DNA of 64,000 nt from Chryseobacterium gleum (GTDB lineage: Bacteria > Bacteroidota > Bacteroidia > Flavobacteriales_F > PHOS-HE28): contig CAMCAZ010000001.1 in assembly GCA_945872795.1 (NCBI GenBank), forward strand, positions 56,085 through 120,084. Reading direction: 5' to 3'. Made by a program: the position numbers and the translations under genes. Below are positions 25,055 to 35,800 of this stretch, piece by piece. The notes beneath the pieces were generated by a model. That model did not search any database. It was not told the origin of the DNA and was given only the letters and a program-made list of their open reading frames with translations. Every line of letters begins with the position of its first letter. Position 1 is the first letter of the stretch.

Positions 25055-25879
25055 TCACTTCTCCCCCATCACGCGCTCCACCACATGATCATCGACGAGT
25101 ATGCGACCGCAATGCTCGCAGACGATGATCTTCTTGTGGCTGCTGATGTCCAGCTGACGCTGGGGCGGGATGCTGTTGAAGCAACCACCGCAGCTTCCCC
25201 GCTCCACCGCCACCACGGCCAGGCCGTTGCGGGCATTGGAACGGATGCGGTGATAGGCGCTCAAGAGACGCTCTTCGATGTGCTTCGAGGCCGAATCGCT
25301 CTTCTTCTGCAGCTCCTTCTCCTCCTTCTCGGTCTCGGCGATGATATCGTCCAGTTCCTTCTTCTTCAGCTCGAGGTCCTTCTTGCGCTCATCGTGCTTC
25401 AGGCGGCTATCCTCCACCACGGACTTCTTGCCGTCGATCTGGGCTTTGGCCTCCTTGATACGCTTCTCAGCCAGTTGGATCTCGAGGTTCTGGAACTCGA
25501 TCTCCTTGGTCAGCGAATCGTACTCGCGGTTGTTGCGAACTTTGGCCTGCTGGCCTTCGTACTTCTTGATCTGGGCCTTCGCCTCCTTGATCATGTTCTG
25601 GCGGTCGTTCACCTGACCTTCCACCTCGGCCAGTTCGTCCTGCAGCTTGTTCAAGCGCGTCTCCAAGCCGGCAACCTCATCTTCCAGGTCCTGGACCTCC
25701 AGGGGAAGCTCACCACGCTGAACCTTGATGCGGTCCACCTGCGAGTCTACATGCTGGAGGCGATACAGTTCGACGAGCTTCTCGGCAACAGAGATGTCGG
25801 CCTTCAGAGCGGCGGTCTTCGCCTTGCCGTTATCCGATGCGGTCTTGGTTGCAGGAGCCTTCACGTCGGTCTTCGCCAT
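25055..25879 (-). CDS. coiled-coil protein with C-terminal C4 zinc ribbon (COG1579/DUF164-type, Nif3-associated)
   Basis: 274 aa; a long K/E/L-rich coiled coil, then ...CGGCFNSIPPQRQLDI...CEHCGRIL (CxxC...CxxC). The ATG at 25879 is 3 nt after the Nif3 stop. Confidence 0.75.
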   Translation of the reverse strand: MAKTDVKAPATKTASDNGKAKTAALKADISVAEKLVELYRLQHVDSQVDRIKVQRGELPLEVQDLEDEVAGLETRLNKLQDELAEVEGQVNDRQNMIKEAKAQIKKYEGQQAKVRNNREYDSLTKEIEFQNLEIQLAEKRIKEAKAQIDGKKSVVEDSRLKHDERKKDLELKKKELDDIIAETEKEEKELQKKSDSASKHIEERLLSAYHRIRSNARNGLAVVAVERGSCGGCFNSIPPQRQLDISSHKKIIVCEHCGRILVDDHVVERVMGEK

Positions 25880-25882
25880 GGG

Positions 25883-26977
25883 TCAAAAATGGTATATGGG
25901 ATCCGTGACGATCTCCGTCAAACGGACGGCAAAGGTAGGGAAAAGTTCCCCTAACCGGCGCTGGATCAGCCGCATGGTGAATTGCTCGCTGCCGTAGTGC
26001 CCGATATCGGCCAGCAACAGCCTCCCATCCACATCGAAGAATTCGTGGTATTTCACATCGCCCGTGATGTAGGCATCCGCCCCTGAGGCCAAGGCCTTGC
26101 CCAGCAGGAAGGCCCCGGAACCACCGCACAGGGCCACCCGGCGGATGGGCCTGCCCAATGGCTTGGTGTGCCTGATGGCTTTCAGGCCGAACACAGCCTT
26201 TAGCCGGGCCAGAAAAGCCTCCTCGTCCAGGGCCTCCGCCCATTCACCCACCAGCCCACTGCCTATCCCTTGGTGTGTGTTCGCGAGGGGGATCAGGTCG
26301 AAGGCGATCTCCTCGTAGGGATGCACGGAACGCATGGCCGCCAGAACGGACCGCTCCCGGGCCAGGCTGTAGATCACCTCCACCCGCACTTCGGGCTCGT
26401 GGTGCTGCACCCCTCGCTCCCCCACATGCGGGTCGGTGCCTTCCCCGGCCCGGAACGTACCGGTGCCGGCCACATTGAAACTGCACTCATCATAGGCGCC
26501 GACATGCCCGGCGCCTGCACTGAACAAGGCTTGTCTGAGGACGTCTGCATTGGCCATCGGTACGAACACCACCAATTTACGGAGCTGGCCAGGCTTGGGA
26601 TCGAGCACCTGCAAAGGCTTGAGCCCCAAGGCAGCGGCGATCTCCGCGTTGACCCCGTCCAGCACATTGTCCAGGTTGGTATGGATGGCATAGATGGCGA
26701 TGTTGTGCCTCAGGGCCGCAATCACGGTACGCTCCACATATCCACTGGCCACCAGGCTCTTCAGGCCCTTGAAGATCACCGGGTGGTGCGTGATGATCAG
26801 GTTGCAGCCATGTGCGGCGGCCTCCTCCACCACTGCTTCGGTGCAATCCAGGCAGACCAAGGCCGACGTGAGCTGCGTTTGCGGATCGCCCACCTGAAGC
26901 CCCGAATTGTCGTAATCCTCCTGCAGGGAGCGGGGGGCCCAGGCCTCCAGCGCCGTTGTCACGTCTTTGATGCGCAT
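25883..26977 (-). CDS. Nif3-like dinuclear metal-centre protein (YqfO/YbgI family)
   Basis: 364 aa; N-terminus MRIKDVTTALEAWAPRSLQEDYDNSGLQVGDP and C-terminal ...GDVKYHEF... are typical of the NIF3 family. Confidence 0.85.
   Translation of the reverse strand: MRIKDVTTALEAWAPRSLQEDYDNSGLQVGDPQTQLTSALVCLDCTEAVVEEAAAHGCNLIITHHPVIFKGLKSLVASGYVERTVIAALRHNIAIYAIHTNLDNVLDGVNAEIAAALGLKPLQVLDPKPGQLRKLVVFVPMANADVLRQALFSAGAGHVGAYDECSFNVAGTGTFRAGEGTDPHVGERGVQHHEPEVRVEVIYSLARERSVLAAMRSVHPYEEIAFDLIPLANTHQGIGSGLVGEWAEALDEEAFLARLKAVFGLKAIRHTKPLGRPIRRVALCGGSGAFLLGKALASGADAYITGDVKYHEFFDVDGRLLLADIGHYGSEQFTMRLIQRRLGELFPTFAVRLTEIVTDPIYHF
25924..25937 (-). promoter_or_regulatory. candidate internal -7 promoter element (TACCTTTG + CCGTCC) inside the 3' end of the Nif3 gene, upstream of the zinc-ribbon gene
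   Basis: The reverse complement of ggacggcaaaggta (25924-25937) is TACCTTTGCCGTCC; same extended motif as at 4406-4419 and 20153-20169. Confidence 0.35.
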
Positions 26978-27013
26978 CTTTCGCCTTGAATGATCGTTCC
27001 CGCAAAGTACGCG

Positions 27014-28072
27014 ATGCTGTTCCGAAGGTTGGTGCTTTTGCCGTTCACAGCCGTTTATGGAGGTGTGCTACGCATCCGTCATGCCCTGTACGACCATGGC
27101 CTGCTGAAGCGCACACGGCCCGAAATGCCCACCATCGCCATCGGCAATCTGGCGCTGGGCGGCACGGGGAAGACACCCATGCTGGAATTGGTGCTTCGGG
27201 TGCTCGAGGGCATGGGACCCGTTGCCACGCTGAGCCGGGGGTATGGCCGCGAGGGAACGGACATCCATGAGGTGCATGCGGTGGACAACGCGCAATACAG
27301 TGGTGACGAACCCCTACAGGTCAAGCGGAAGTTCCCCGCGGCAAGGGTCTTTGTGGGGGCCGACCGTGTGAAGGCCATCACGCACATCGGGCAGCAGGTC
27401 CCCGGAGTGCGTGCCGTGGTCCTGGACGACGCCTTGCAACACCGGGCGCTGGATGCCGGGCTGAATATCCTGCTCACCACCTGGCAGCGGCCATGGTGCG
27501 ATGATGCCCTGGTACCTGCCGGACGCTTGCGGGACCTCCCCCTGCGAGCCAAGGCAGCGAAGGTGGTGGTGGTCACCAAATGCCCGGCACTGCCTTCCTC
27601 CCAGGAACAACAGCGTTGGCGTGCCAAGCTTGAGTTGGCGGCAGAACAGCCCTTGTTCTTCTCCGGGATCCGGTATGGACCGCCAAGTGCCATCGATGGA
27701 ACGGAGATCCATGCGGGAGATGGACCGATGGGCGCGCTGCTGGTCACGGGCATCGCCGATCCGGCCCCCCTGCTGGCCCATGTGAGGACCCTGGCCATCA
27801 CCGTCGAACACCTGGCCTTCCCGGACCACCACGCATTCACCCGCGCCGACCTTCAGCACCTCGCCGAGCGATACGCTAATTTCGCGGCCGGTCCGAAAAT
27901 GCTGGTCACCACGGAGAAGGATGCCGCGCGGCTCTCCTCCTCCATTGCCGGCAGCCCCCTCGAAGGGCTGCCATTGGCGGTGGTCGGCATGCAGGCCGTG
28001 ATCCTGAACGAACCGGAACGATTCTCCGACCTCATCCGCCGACATGTTGAACCGCATCCATCGCATCGCTGA
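27014..28072 (+). CDS. lpxK: tetraacyldisaccharide 4'-kinase
   Basis: MLFRRLVLLPFTAVYGGVLRIRHALYDHGLLK...IAIGNLALGGTGKTP (P-loop) matches the LpxK N-terminus. ATGs at 26990 and 27014; homology begins at 27014. Confidence 0.85.
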   Translation: MLFRRLVLLPFTAVYGGVLRIRHALYDHGLLKRTRPEMPTIAIGNLALGGTGKTPMLELVLRVLEGMGPVATLSRGYGREGTDIHEVHAVDNAQYSGDEPLQVKRKFPAARVFVGADRVKAITHIGQQVPGVRAVVLDDALQHRALDAGLNILLTTWQRPWCDDALVPAGRLRDLPLRAKAAKVVVVTKCPALPSSQEQQRWRAKLELAAEQPLFFSGIRYGPPSAIDGTEIHAGDGPMGALLVTGIADPAPLLAHVRTLAITVEHLAFPDHHAFTRADLQHLAERYANFAAGPKMLVTTEKDAARLSSSIAGSPLEGLPLAVVGMQAVILNEPERFSDLIRRHVEPHPSHR

Positions 28073-28856
28073 CCACCTGAAGACCACCACCGGCGGTTTT
28101 GTACCCGAGACCGGGATCATCCTGGGTACTGGCCTGAGCGCGCTCGGCAAGGAGATCGACGTCAAATTCGCCATCCCGTACAGCGAGATCCCCGAGTTCC
28201 CGGTAAGCACTGTGCAGGGGCATCCCGGCAAACTGCTCTTCGGGATGCTGGGCGGGAAGCCGGTGGTGGCCATGCAGGGGCGCTTCCACTATTATGAAGG
28301 GTGGACAATGGACGAAGTGGTGCTGCCGGTGAGGGTGATGAAGTTCCTTGGCATCCAGCGGCTCTTCGTGAGCAATGCCTGCGGAGGGCTGAACCCCGCC
28401 TTCGAGACCGGCGACCTGATGATCCTGGACGACCACATCTGCCTCTTCCCGAACCCCCTGATAGGCAAGAACATCGATGAGCTGGGTCCACGTTTCCCGG
28501 ACATGAGCGAGCCCTACGACCGGGCCTTGATCGCCACCGCGAAGGAGATCGCCGCACGCAATGGCATCTTGGTGCAGCAGGGCTGCTACGTGGGGCTCAC
28601 CGGTCCCACCCTTGAAACGCCGGCCGAATACCGCTACGTGCGCATCATCGGCGGCGACGCGGTGGGCATGAGCACCGTGCCGGAGGTGATCGCGGCTCGC
28701 CAGATGGGGATCCCCTGTTTCGCCATGAGCGTGATCACCGACATGGGTGTGGAGGGCCGCATCGAAAAGACCACCCATGAAATGGTGCAGCGGGTGGCCG
28801 AAAAGGCCGAGCCGAAGCTCACCCTGATCATGAAGGAACTCATCGCCAGCTGCTGA
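28044..28856 (+). CDS. purine nucleoside phosphorylase (PNP/MTAP family 1, trimeric PunA-type)
   Basis: 270 aa; ...PETGIILGTGLSALG...VSTVQGHPGKLLFGMLGGKPVVAMQGRFHYYEGW...SNACGGLNP... The 5' end overlaps lpxK by 29 nt. Confidence 0.85.
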   Translation: MLNRIHRIADHLKTTTGGFVPETGIILGTGLSALGKEIDVKFAIPYSEIPEFPVSTVQGHPGKLLFGMLGGKPVVAMQGRFHYYEGWTMDEVVLPVRVMKFLGIQRLFVSNACGGLNPAFETGDLMILDDHICLFPNPLIGKNIDELGPRFPDMSEPYDRALIATAKEIAARNGILVQQGCYVGLTGPTLETPAEYRYVRIIGGDAVGMSTVPEVIAARQMGIPCFAMSVITDMGVEGRIEKTTHEMVQRVAEKAEPKLTLIMKELIASC

Positions 28857-28857
28857 T

Positions 28858-30225
28858 ATGCGCATCTGCCTGTTCATCCCCATGGCCCTATCGGTCACTG
28901 TCTCTGCACAGGACAGCCTGAACGTGAGCAAGCTCTTTCATTGGGATGACCCCACCATTCCAGCAGGGACCACGGACTTCCAAAATCAGTACAACGATGT
29001 ATGGGGGTATGCGGCCGATGGACGCGAATACGCTTTCCTGGGAAGTTCACTCGGGGTACATGTGTTCGATGTGACCGACCCCGTTAACAGTATGCTCATC
29101 GACCAGGTACCTGGCCGTTTCAGCGGTGTGGGGGTCACCCACCGCGACTACAAGGTCTTTGGGCATCACCTGTTCGCCACATGCGACCAGGGAGCGAGTT
29201 CACTGCAGGTCATGGATCTTCAGTACCTGCCTGACTCGCTGCATGTGGTGTACGACAGTGATTCACTGCTGGTCCGAGCCCACAACATCCAGGTCGATAC
29301 CATCGGCGAGCGGTTGTACACCTGCGGCGGCAGCACCCAGTTCAGCGTCTACGACATCAGCGATCCTTCGAGCCCCTCGCTGTTGAGCAATTGTGAAGCT
29401 GACATCCCGTGGTGGGGTGAGGTGGTGGGTTATGTCCACGATTGCTTCGTGCGTGACAACATCGTCTGGTGCAACGATGGCGATGGCATGCATGTGATCG
29501 ACTTCACGGATGCCGAAAACCCGGTGATCCTGGGCTCGCTTACCAGCTATGCCGGGCAGGGCTATAACCATAGTGGTTGGATGAACGATCAAGGCACCTT
29601 GTACGCCATGGCGGATGAAACCCATGCATCACCGCTCAAATTCGTGGACGCCACCCAGCTGGATGATCTGGAGGTGATCTCCACAGTGACCTCGGCAGTG
29701 CATCCAACCTCCATCCTGCACAACCCCTTCTTCACCGGAGACCTGGTGCACGTGGCCTACTACTATGATGGATACTGGCTTTGGAACCTGGCCGACCCCT
29801 CGCAACCCATCCTGATCGGCTATTATGACACGAGCACCGAAGCGAACACCAACAGCTACAGGGGCGCCTGGGGGACCTATCCCTTCCTGCCGAGCGGGCA
29901 TGTTCTGGTGAGCGACATGCAGACCGGCCTGTGGGTGCTGAACATCGACCAGGCGACCAATGCTGAAAGCGCTGCCGCTGCCCCGGCCTTCCGGGTCTCG
30001 CCCACGCTTACACAGGGCCCGGTGACGGTGACGAACTTATCCGGGTCGGGACCGTCGCAGATCGACGTTTTCGATGCCTCCGGATCACAGGTCATGGATG
30101 CCATCACCCATGACGCATCCCATCAACTGGACGTGAACGACCTGCGCGACGGCATGTACATCGTGCGTGTCACCTCAGGAAGATCGGCTCACACGCAACG
30201 CATCGTAATCACCGGCAGGCCATGA
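28858..30225 (+). CDS. choice-of-anchor-B-like (LVIVD-repeat beta-propeller) protein with type-A T9SS C-terminal sorting domain
   Basis: Signal peptide; N-terminal YNDVWGYAADGREYAFLGSSLGVHVFDVTDP is typical of choice-of-anchor B. C-terminal ...VSPTLTQGPVTVTNL...DGMYIVRVTSGRSAHTQRIVI looks like a Por_Secre_tail. Confidence 0.6.
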   Translation: MRICLFIPMALSVTVSAQDSLNVSKLFHWDDPTIPAGTTDFQNQYNDVWGYAADGREYAFLGSSLGVHVFDVTDPVNSMLIDQVPGRFSGVGVTHRDYKVFGHHLFATCDQGASSLQVMDLQYLPDSLHVVYDSDSLLVRAHNIQVDTIGERLYTCGGSTQFSVYDISDPSSPSLLSNCEADIPWWGEVVGYVHDCFVRDNIVWCNDGDGMHVIDFTDAENPVILGSLTSYAGQGYNHSGWMNDQGTLYAMADETHASPLKFVDATQLDDLEVISTVTSAVHPTSILHNPFFTGDLVHVAYYYDGYWLWNLADPSQPILIGYYDTSTEANTNSYRGAWGTYPFLPSGHVLVSDMQTGLWVLNIDQATNAESAAAAPAFRVSPTLTQGPVTVTNLSGSGPSQIDVFDASGSQVMDAITHDASHQLDVNDLRDGMYIVRVTSGRSAHTQRIVITGRP

Positions 30226-31673
30226 TCCATTGGAGTGAACGTTGGGACCTGGTGGTGGGCCTGGAGGTGCATGCCCAGCTCAACACCCTCAGCAAGGCAT
30301 ACAGCACCGACCCCAACGCGTACGGCGATCACCCGAACACCAACGTGAGCGTGCTCACGCTGGGGCATCCGGGGACGCTTCCGGTGGCCAACCGGAAGGT
30401 GGTGGAACATGCCATCCGGATCGGGCTGGCCACGCATTGCAGCATCGCCCCGTGGATGCACTACGCCCGCAAGAACTACTTCTACCCCGACCTGCCCAAG
30501 GGCTACCAGATCACGCAGGACCATACCCCGATCTGCACCAAGGGCTACGTGATCATCCCCGTGGAAGGCGGTGAGAAGCGCATCGGCATCACCCGCATCC
30601 ACATGGAGGAGGATGCCGGCAAGAGCATCCACGACGTGGACCCCTTCAACACCCTGGTGGACCTGAACCGAGCCGGTGTCCCCTTGGTGGAGATCGTGAG
30701 CGAGCCGGACATCCGCAGCGGACAGGAGGCCTACGACTATCTCGTGGAGATCCGTCGACTGGTCCGCTACCTGGACATCTGCGATGGCAACATGGAAGAG
30801 GGCAGCCTGCGGTGCGATGCGAACATCAGCCTGCGACCGAAGGGCGTGGAGGCCTTCGGGACGCGTTGTGAGGTGAAGAACATGAACAGTTTCCGCAACG
30901 TGATGCGGGCCATCGAGTTCGAGGCGCAGCGCCAGAGCGAGATCCTGGATGCCGGTGGGGTGATCCACATGGAGACGCGCACCTTCGACGCCGGCAAGGG
31001 CACCACGGTCGGCATGCGCAGCAAGGAACTGGCGCATGATTACCGCTACTTCCCCGAGCCGGACCTGCAGCCCATCACCGTGAGCGAAGCTTCCAAGGAG
31101 GCCATCCGACGCGCGATGCCGCCCCTTCCCCGCGAGTTGCGTGAGAAGTACACCAAGGAACTGGGACTGAGCGACTATGACGCCGGGATCCTCACGGAGG
31201 ACAAGGCCACTGCGCTTTACTACGAGGCCGTCATCGCGCTGACGCCCAACTTCAAGGGTGCCGCCAACTGGGTGATGGGTGATGTGCGCAGTTGGATGAA
31301 CGAACGGGGACTGACCATGGAGCAGTTCCCCATCCGTGCCGAACGCCTGGCCGGACTGGTGCACCTGATCGATGCCGGCCAAGTGAGCCACACCATCGCC
31401 AGCCAGAAGCTCTTCCCCCTTATGCTGGAGGACCTCAGCGCCACGGCCGAACAGCTCGCCCTGAAGCACGACCTGGTGCAGAGCACCAATGAGGACGAGA
31501 TCATCGCCATCGTCCGCCAGGCGATGGCCACCTACCCGGAGAAAGTGGAGGCCTACCGCAGTGGCAACAAGGGCCTGCTGGGCCTCTTCATGGGTGAGGT
31601 GATGAAAGGCACCAAAGGCAAAGCCGACCCCAAACGCGCCAATGAAGTGGTGCGCCGGACCCTCGAGAACTAG
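30222..31673 (+). CDS. gatB: Asp-tRNA(Asn)/Glu-tRNA(Gln) amidotransferase subunit B
   Basis: 483 aa; WDLVVGLEVHAQLNT...KNYFYPDLPKGYQITQ... is typical of GatB. ATGA overlap with the upstream gene. Confidence 0.9.
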   Translation: MIHWSERWDLVVGLEVHAQLNTLSKAYSTDPNAYGDHPNTNVSVLTLGHPGTLPVANRKVVEHAIRIGLATHCSIAPWMHYARKNYFYPDLPKGYQITQDHTPICTKGYVIIPVEGGEKRIGITRIHMEEDAGKSIHDVDPFNTLVDLNRAGVPLVEIVSEPDIRSGQEAYDYLVEIRRLVRYLDICDGNMEEGSLRCDANISLRPKGVEAFGTRCEVKNMNSFRNVMRAIEFEAQRQSEILDAGGVIHMETRTFDAGKGTTVGMRSKELAHDYRYFPEPDLQPITVSEASKEAIRRAMPPLPRELREKYTKELGLSDYDAGILTEDKATALYYEAVIALTPNFKGAANWVMGDVRSWMNERGLTMEQFPIRAERLAGLVHLIDAGQVSHTIASQKLFPLMLEDLSATAEQLALKHDLVQSTNEDEIIAIVRQAMATYPEKVEAYRSGNKGLLGLFMGEVMKGTKGKADPKRANEVVRRTLEN

Positions 31674-31690
31674 ACCCAACCGACAAGACC

Positions 31691-32827
31691 ATGCATCGTT
31701 CGTTGACCCTTATCCCCTTGGCCTCCCTCCTTTTCGCGGCCTGCGCCGGTGGCGGTGGCCGTGCCATAGAACTGAGCGTTGAAGGTGCCGGCGGAAAGAC
31801 CGCGTACTTCGACCGCTTCGAGAACAACCAGCCCTACCACGTGGATTCCGTGACCCTGGATGGATCGGGCAAGGGTACCCTGCGTGTGAAGGCGCTGCCA
31901 CTGGATTTCTACCGCATCGTGGTGGACCAGGAACAATTGATCGTTGCCTTGGACAGCGCGGAAGAGCTGAGCATTGAAGCGAAGGCCGGGGCATTGGCCA
32001 CTCCGACCAGCATCAGCGGATCCGTGCACAGCGAGGCCCTGCACGGCTTCTACGGCGAGATCCGGGCCTACGAGACCAAGCGCGATTCGATCCGCACCCT
32101 GATCAGTGCCGACCCTTCCAACAGCGGAGCGGTCAATGCCCTGAACGCCTTGAACACCGGCTTCTACGACCGATGCAAGGCCTTCACCCAGGAGCACAGC
32201 AGTTCTCCCGCTGCACTGGCCGCCGTGAACATGCTGAACATGCAGCAGGAAATGGCCCTGTTCAAGCAGGTGCGGGACGATATGCGCAAGACCATGCCCC
32301 GCTCGGGCTACTTCGCCCAGTTCCGTGACCAGGTGGACCGCATGGAGCAGCAGGAGGTGGCCCTGAAAATGCAGGAGGAGGAGATGAAGCGCCTGAGCAA
32401 CCTCCTTCCGTTGGGCGGTGATGCTCCGGAGATCAGGCAGCAGACACCGGACGGGGGCACCTTCGCGCTGAGCGAGCTGCGCGGCAAGTACGTGCTCATC
32501 GACTTCTGGGCCAGCTGGTGCCGGCCCTGCCGGATGGAGAACCCCAACGTGAAGCGCGTGTACGACAAGTATGCCCGGAAGGGATTCGAGATCCTCGGGG
32601 TCTCGCTGGACCGTGACCACGGTGCCTGGGTGAAGGCCATCCAGGATGATGGACTGCCGTGGAAACACGTGAGCGACCTCGGTTTCTGGAACAATGCCGC
32701 TGCCCAGGAATATGGGGTCAGCAGCATCCCCTACACCGTGCTGGTGGACCGCGATGGAAAGATCCTCCAAAAGGGTCTGCGTGCCCAGCAGTTGGAAAGT
32801 GTGCTCTCCGAACTCTTCGACAAGTGA
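31691..32827 (+). CDS. TlpA/ResA-like thiol:disulfide oxidoreductase lipoprotein (DUF4369 N-domain + thioredoxin fold)
   Basis: Lipobox LLFAACAGGG; thioredoxin active site WASWCRPC; AhpC/TSA-like context ...KGFEILGVSLD... Confidence 0.8.
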   Translation: MHRSLTLIPLASLLFAACAGGGGRAIELSVEGAGGKTAYFDRFENNQPYHVDSVTLDGSGKGTLRVKALPLDFYRIVVDQEQLIVALDSAEELSIEAKAGALATPTSISGSVHSEALHGFYGEIRAYETKRDSIRTLISADPSNSGAVNALNALNTGFYDRCKAFTQEHSSSPAALAAVNMLNMQQEMALFKQVRDDMRKTMPRSGYFAQFRDQVDRMEQQEVALKMQEEEMKRLSNLLPLGGDAPEIRQQTPDGGTFALSELRGKYVLIDFWASWCRPCRMENPNVKRVYDKYARKGFEILGVSLDRDHGAWVKAIQDDGLPWKHVSDLGFWNNAAAQEYGVSSIPYTVLVDRDGKILQKGLRAQQLESVLSELFDK

Positions 32828-32846
32828 CCGAACACAAGATCGATAG

Positions 32847-32884
32847 AACGGACCGGAGCGTTTTCCGGTCCGTTCTGTTTTCCA
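32847..32884 (+). terminator. rho-independent terminator after the TlpA-like gene
   Basis: Perfect 12-bp inverted repeat gaacggaccgga (32847-32858) / tccggtccgttc (32865-32876), loop gcgttt, followed by tgttttcc. Confidence 0.8.
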
Positions 32885-32895
32885 CCCTCGCCAGC

Positions 32896-35800
32896 ATGCG
32901 TTCCAGACGTTCGCTCGCCCTTTCCATCGCCTTGTCCCCGGTAATGCTCTTCGCGCAGGCCTATTTCCAGCAGCGGGTGGACCATGTCATATCCGTCCGT
33001 CTCGATGATGTGGCGCACGTTCTGCATGGTGAACAAGCGTTCACCTACACCAATCAGTCGCCGCAGACGCTGGACACCCTGTGGATCCACCTGTGGCCCA
33101 ACGCCTACAGTCAAAAGAACACCGCACTGGACCGACAATTGATGTCCATGGGGGAGCTGGACCTGCACTTCGCCAGCGATGCGGAGCGCGGAAGCATCGA
33201 CAGTCTCCAGTTCACAGCGGAGGGCATCGCGCTGACCTGGGGATACCACGATGAACATCCCGACATCGGGTGGATCAAACTCCCGATGCCCTTGGCTCCG
33301 GCATCCTCCATCACCATCGATACACCGTTCCGGGTGAAGATCCCCGACGGGAAATTCTCGCGCCTGGGACACACCGGGCAGGCCTACTACATCACCCAGT
33401 GGTTCCCCAAGCCAGCGGTATACGATGCCCAGGGCTGGCACGCCATGCCCTACCTCACCGCCGGTGAGTTCTACAGCGAGTTCGGGAGCTATGATGTCTC
33501 CGTTACCCTGCCGGCGAATTACATCGTGGGAGCGACCGGCATCCTGCAGAATGAAGAAGAGCGGCAATTGATGGATCGCATGGCCGGCGGAGAATGGACC
33601 TATCCCACTCCGCTCAAGGACATCGCCACGGGCAAGCCGCTGCTCGACATGTTCCCAGCCTCTGCGTCCCGGATGAAGACCCTGCGCTATGTGCAGGACA
33701 ATGTGCACGACTTCGCCTGGTTCGCGGATAAACGCTTCGTGGTGCGGAAAGGCAGCGTGACCCTGCCCCGCAGTGGACGGACGGTCACCACCTGGGCGCT
33801 CCACACGCCCAAGAACGCCAGGCTCTGGGAGGAGACCGGTATCACCGCCCTCAATGAAAGTGTGCGCCTGTACAGCCAATGGGTGGGCGACTACCCCTAC
33901 GAGGCCTGCACCGCGATCGATGGCACCATCAGCGCCGGTGGCGGCATGGAATACCCAATGATCACGATCATCGGCGACATGGGCGATGCACAGAGCCTGG
34001 ACAATGTGATCGCGCACGAAGTGGGACACAACTGGTTCTACGGGATACTGGGCAGCAATGAGCGTGACCATGCCTGGATGGATGAAGGCATGAACAGCTT
34101 CGTGGAGCTTCGGTATATGCGCGAGCGCTACCCGGATGCCAAGCCGGAGATCGGCATTCCCGGACTGGGCAAGGCGCTTTCGCAGGTCACGGATGCTCAT
34201 CGTTTCCTGGGCGAAGCCACGTACCGACTGAATGCGCGGCGCAACCTGGACCAGGCGCTCTCATCGACCTCCAAGGACTTCACCATGATCAACTATGGTG
34301 GCATGGTCTACAACAAGACGGCCATGATCTTCGACCACCTGTTCGCCTACCTCGGCGATGAGGACTTCGACCGCTGCATGCACGCCTATTTCGAGGAGTG
34401 GAAGTTCAAACACCCGCAGCCCGATGATGTCCGGCAAGTGTTCGAGCGGGAAAGCGGAAAGGAACTGGGGTGGATGTTCGAAGGGTTGATCGGCACCACG
34501 CATAAGTTGGAGGTGAAGGCGGTGAAGCTCAAAGACAATACGTTCACGTATCGCACCAACTCGAACGGACACTACCCGTTCCCTGTCACTGGTTGGAATG
34601 GCAGTGAGATACTGGGAACAACATGGATAATGGGGGGCACCATCATTCGGGGGCACTCCAGCGATCACAGTTCCGGCTATGCTCGCTCCGTCATTGACCG
34701 TTCCAAACAAACTGCCGAACTCCCTTGGTCAGTCGCCGATAGATTGCGTGTGGATGCGGACAACCGCACCCTCGACATCGACCGTCGGAACAACGAAGTG
34801 CGCAACCACGGCCTTTTCCGCCGCGCTGCCAAGCCGGAGCTGAAGTACCTGCTGGGCATTGAAAAGAACGATCGCCGGAGCGTGTACTGGACGCCTCTGG
34901 CCGCTTGGAACGGACATGACGGATTCCAAGTGGGCATGGCCGCTTACAACACCGTGTTCCCCAGCCAGCGCACCGAATGGGTGTTCGCCCCGCTCTATGC
35001 CTTGGGGAGCGAGCGCTGGGGCGGTGCGGCCCGCATCGAGCACCACTTCGACCGCCTGCAGAGCCGCCTGTTCCAGAACATCCACCTGGGGCTCAGTGCA
35101 CGCAGCGCCTCCACCCTGCACGACCATTACGAGAACAGCTGGTATACCAAGCTGCAACCCTCCATCCGTTTCGACCTGAAGCGCGAACCCCTCACCCGAG
35201 CGTGGGAGCACAGTGTGAACCTGCGTGGCGTGTACCTGAACTTCGGCAGTGTGGAGGAGCAGCCTGGTGCTGAACGCGTGACGGCATCGAGCGAGGCGAC
35301 GTACGGGGAATTGTCCTACCGGGCACAGAACCGCGAGGCGATGTTCCCAGCCCTGGTAGCACCGGTCATCACCATCCATGAGGACTTCGTGCGGGCATCC
35401 CTGGAGCTCCGACAGGGATTCACCTACAACGCGAAGAAGGACCAGCTGCGCCTTCGGGCCTTTGCAGGCACCTTCCTGTCCAAGAACGCAGCGGGCCTGA
35501 GCGATGGGCTACAGTCCTGGGGCTTGACCTGGGGGGCGGAGGACCTCCTGTTCGACCACGCTTACCTGGAACGGGGAGCCACCGGAGGCTTCACCGGGCG
35601 ACAGTTCAACAAACAACAGGGAGGCTTCAAGACACCGTTCCTGCAGGGTGGCAGTGACACGTGGATCGCTTCCCTCAACGCGGAGCTCGACCTGCCCACT
35701 GGCCTGCCCCTCTCACTCTTTGCAAGCGCCGGTTTCGCGCCACTGACCACCATCACACAGGAGGGGCGGTCGACCAGCACGGCATCCTACATGGAAGCGG

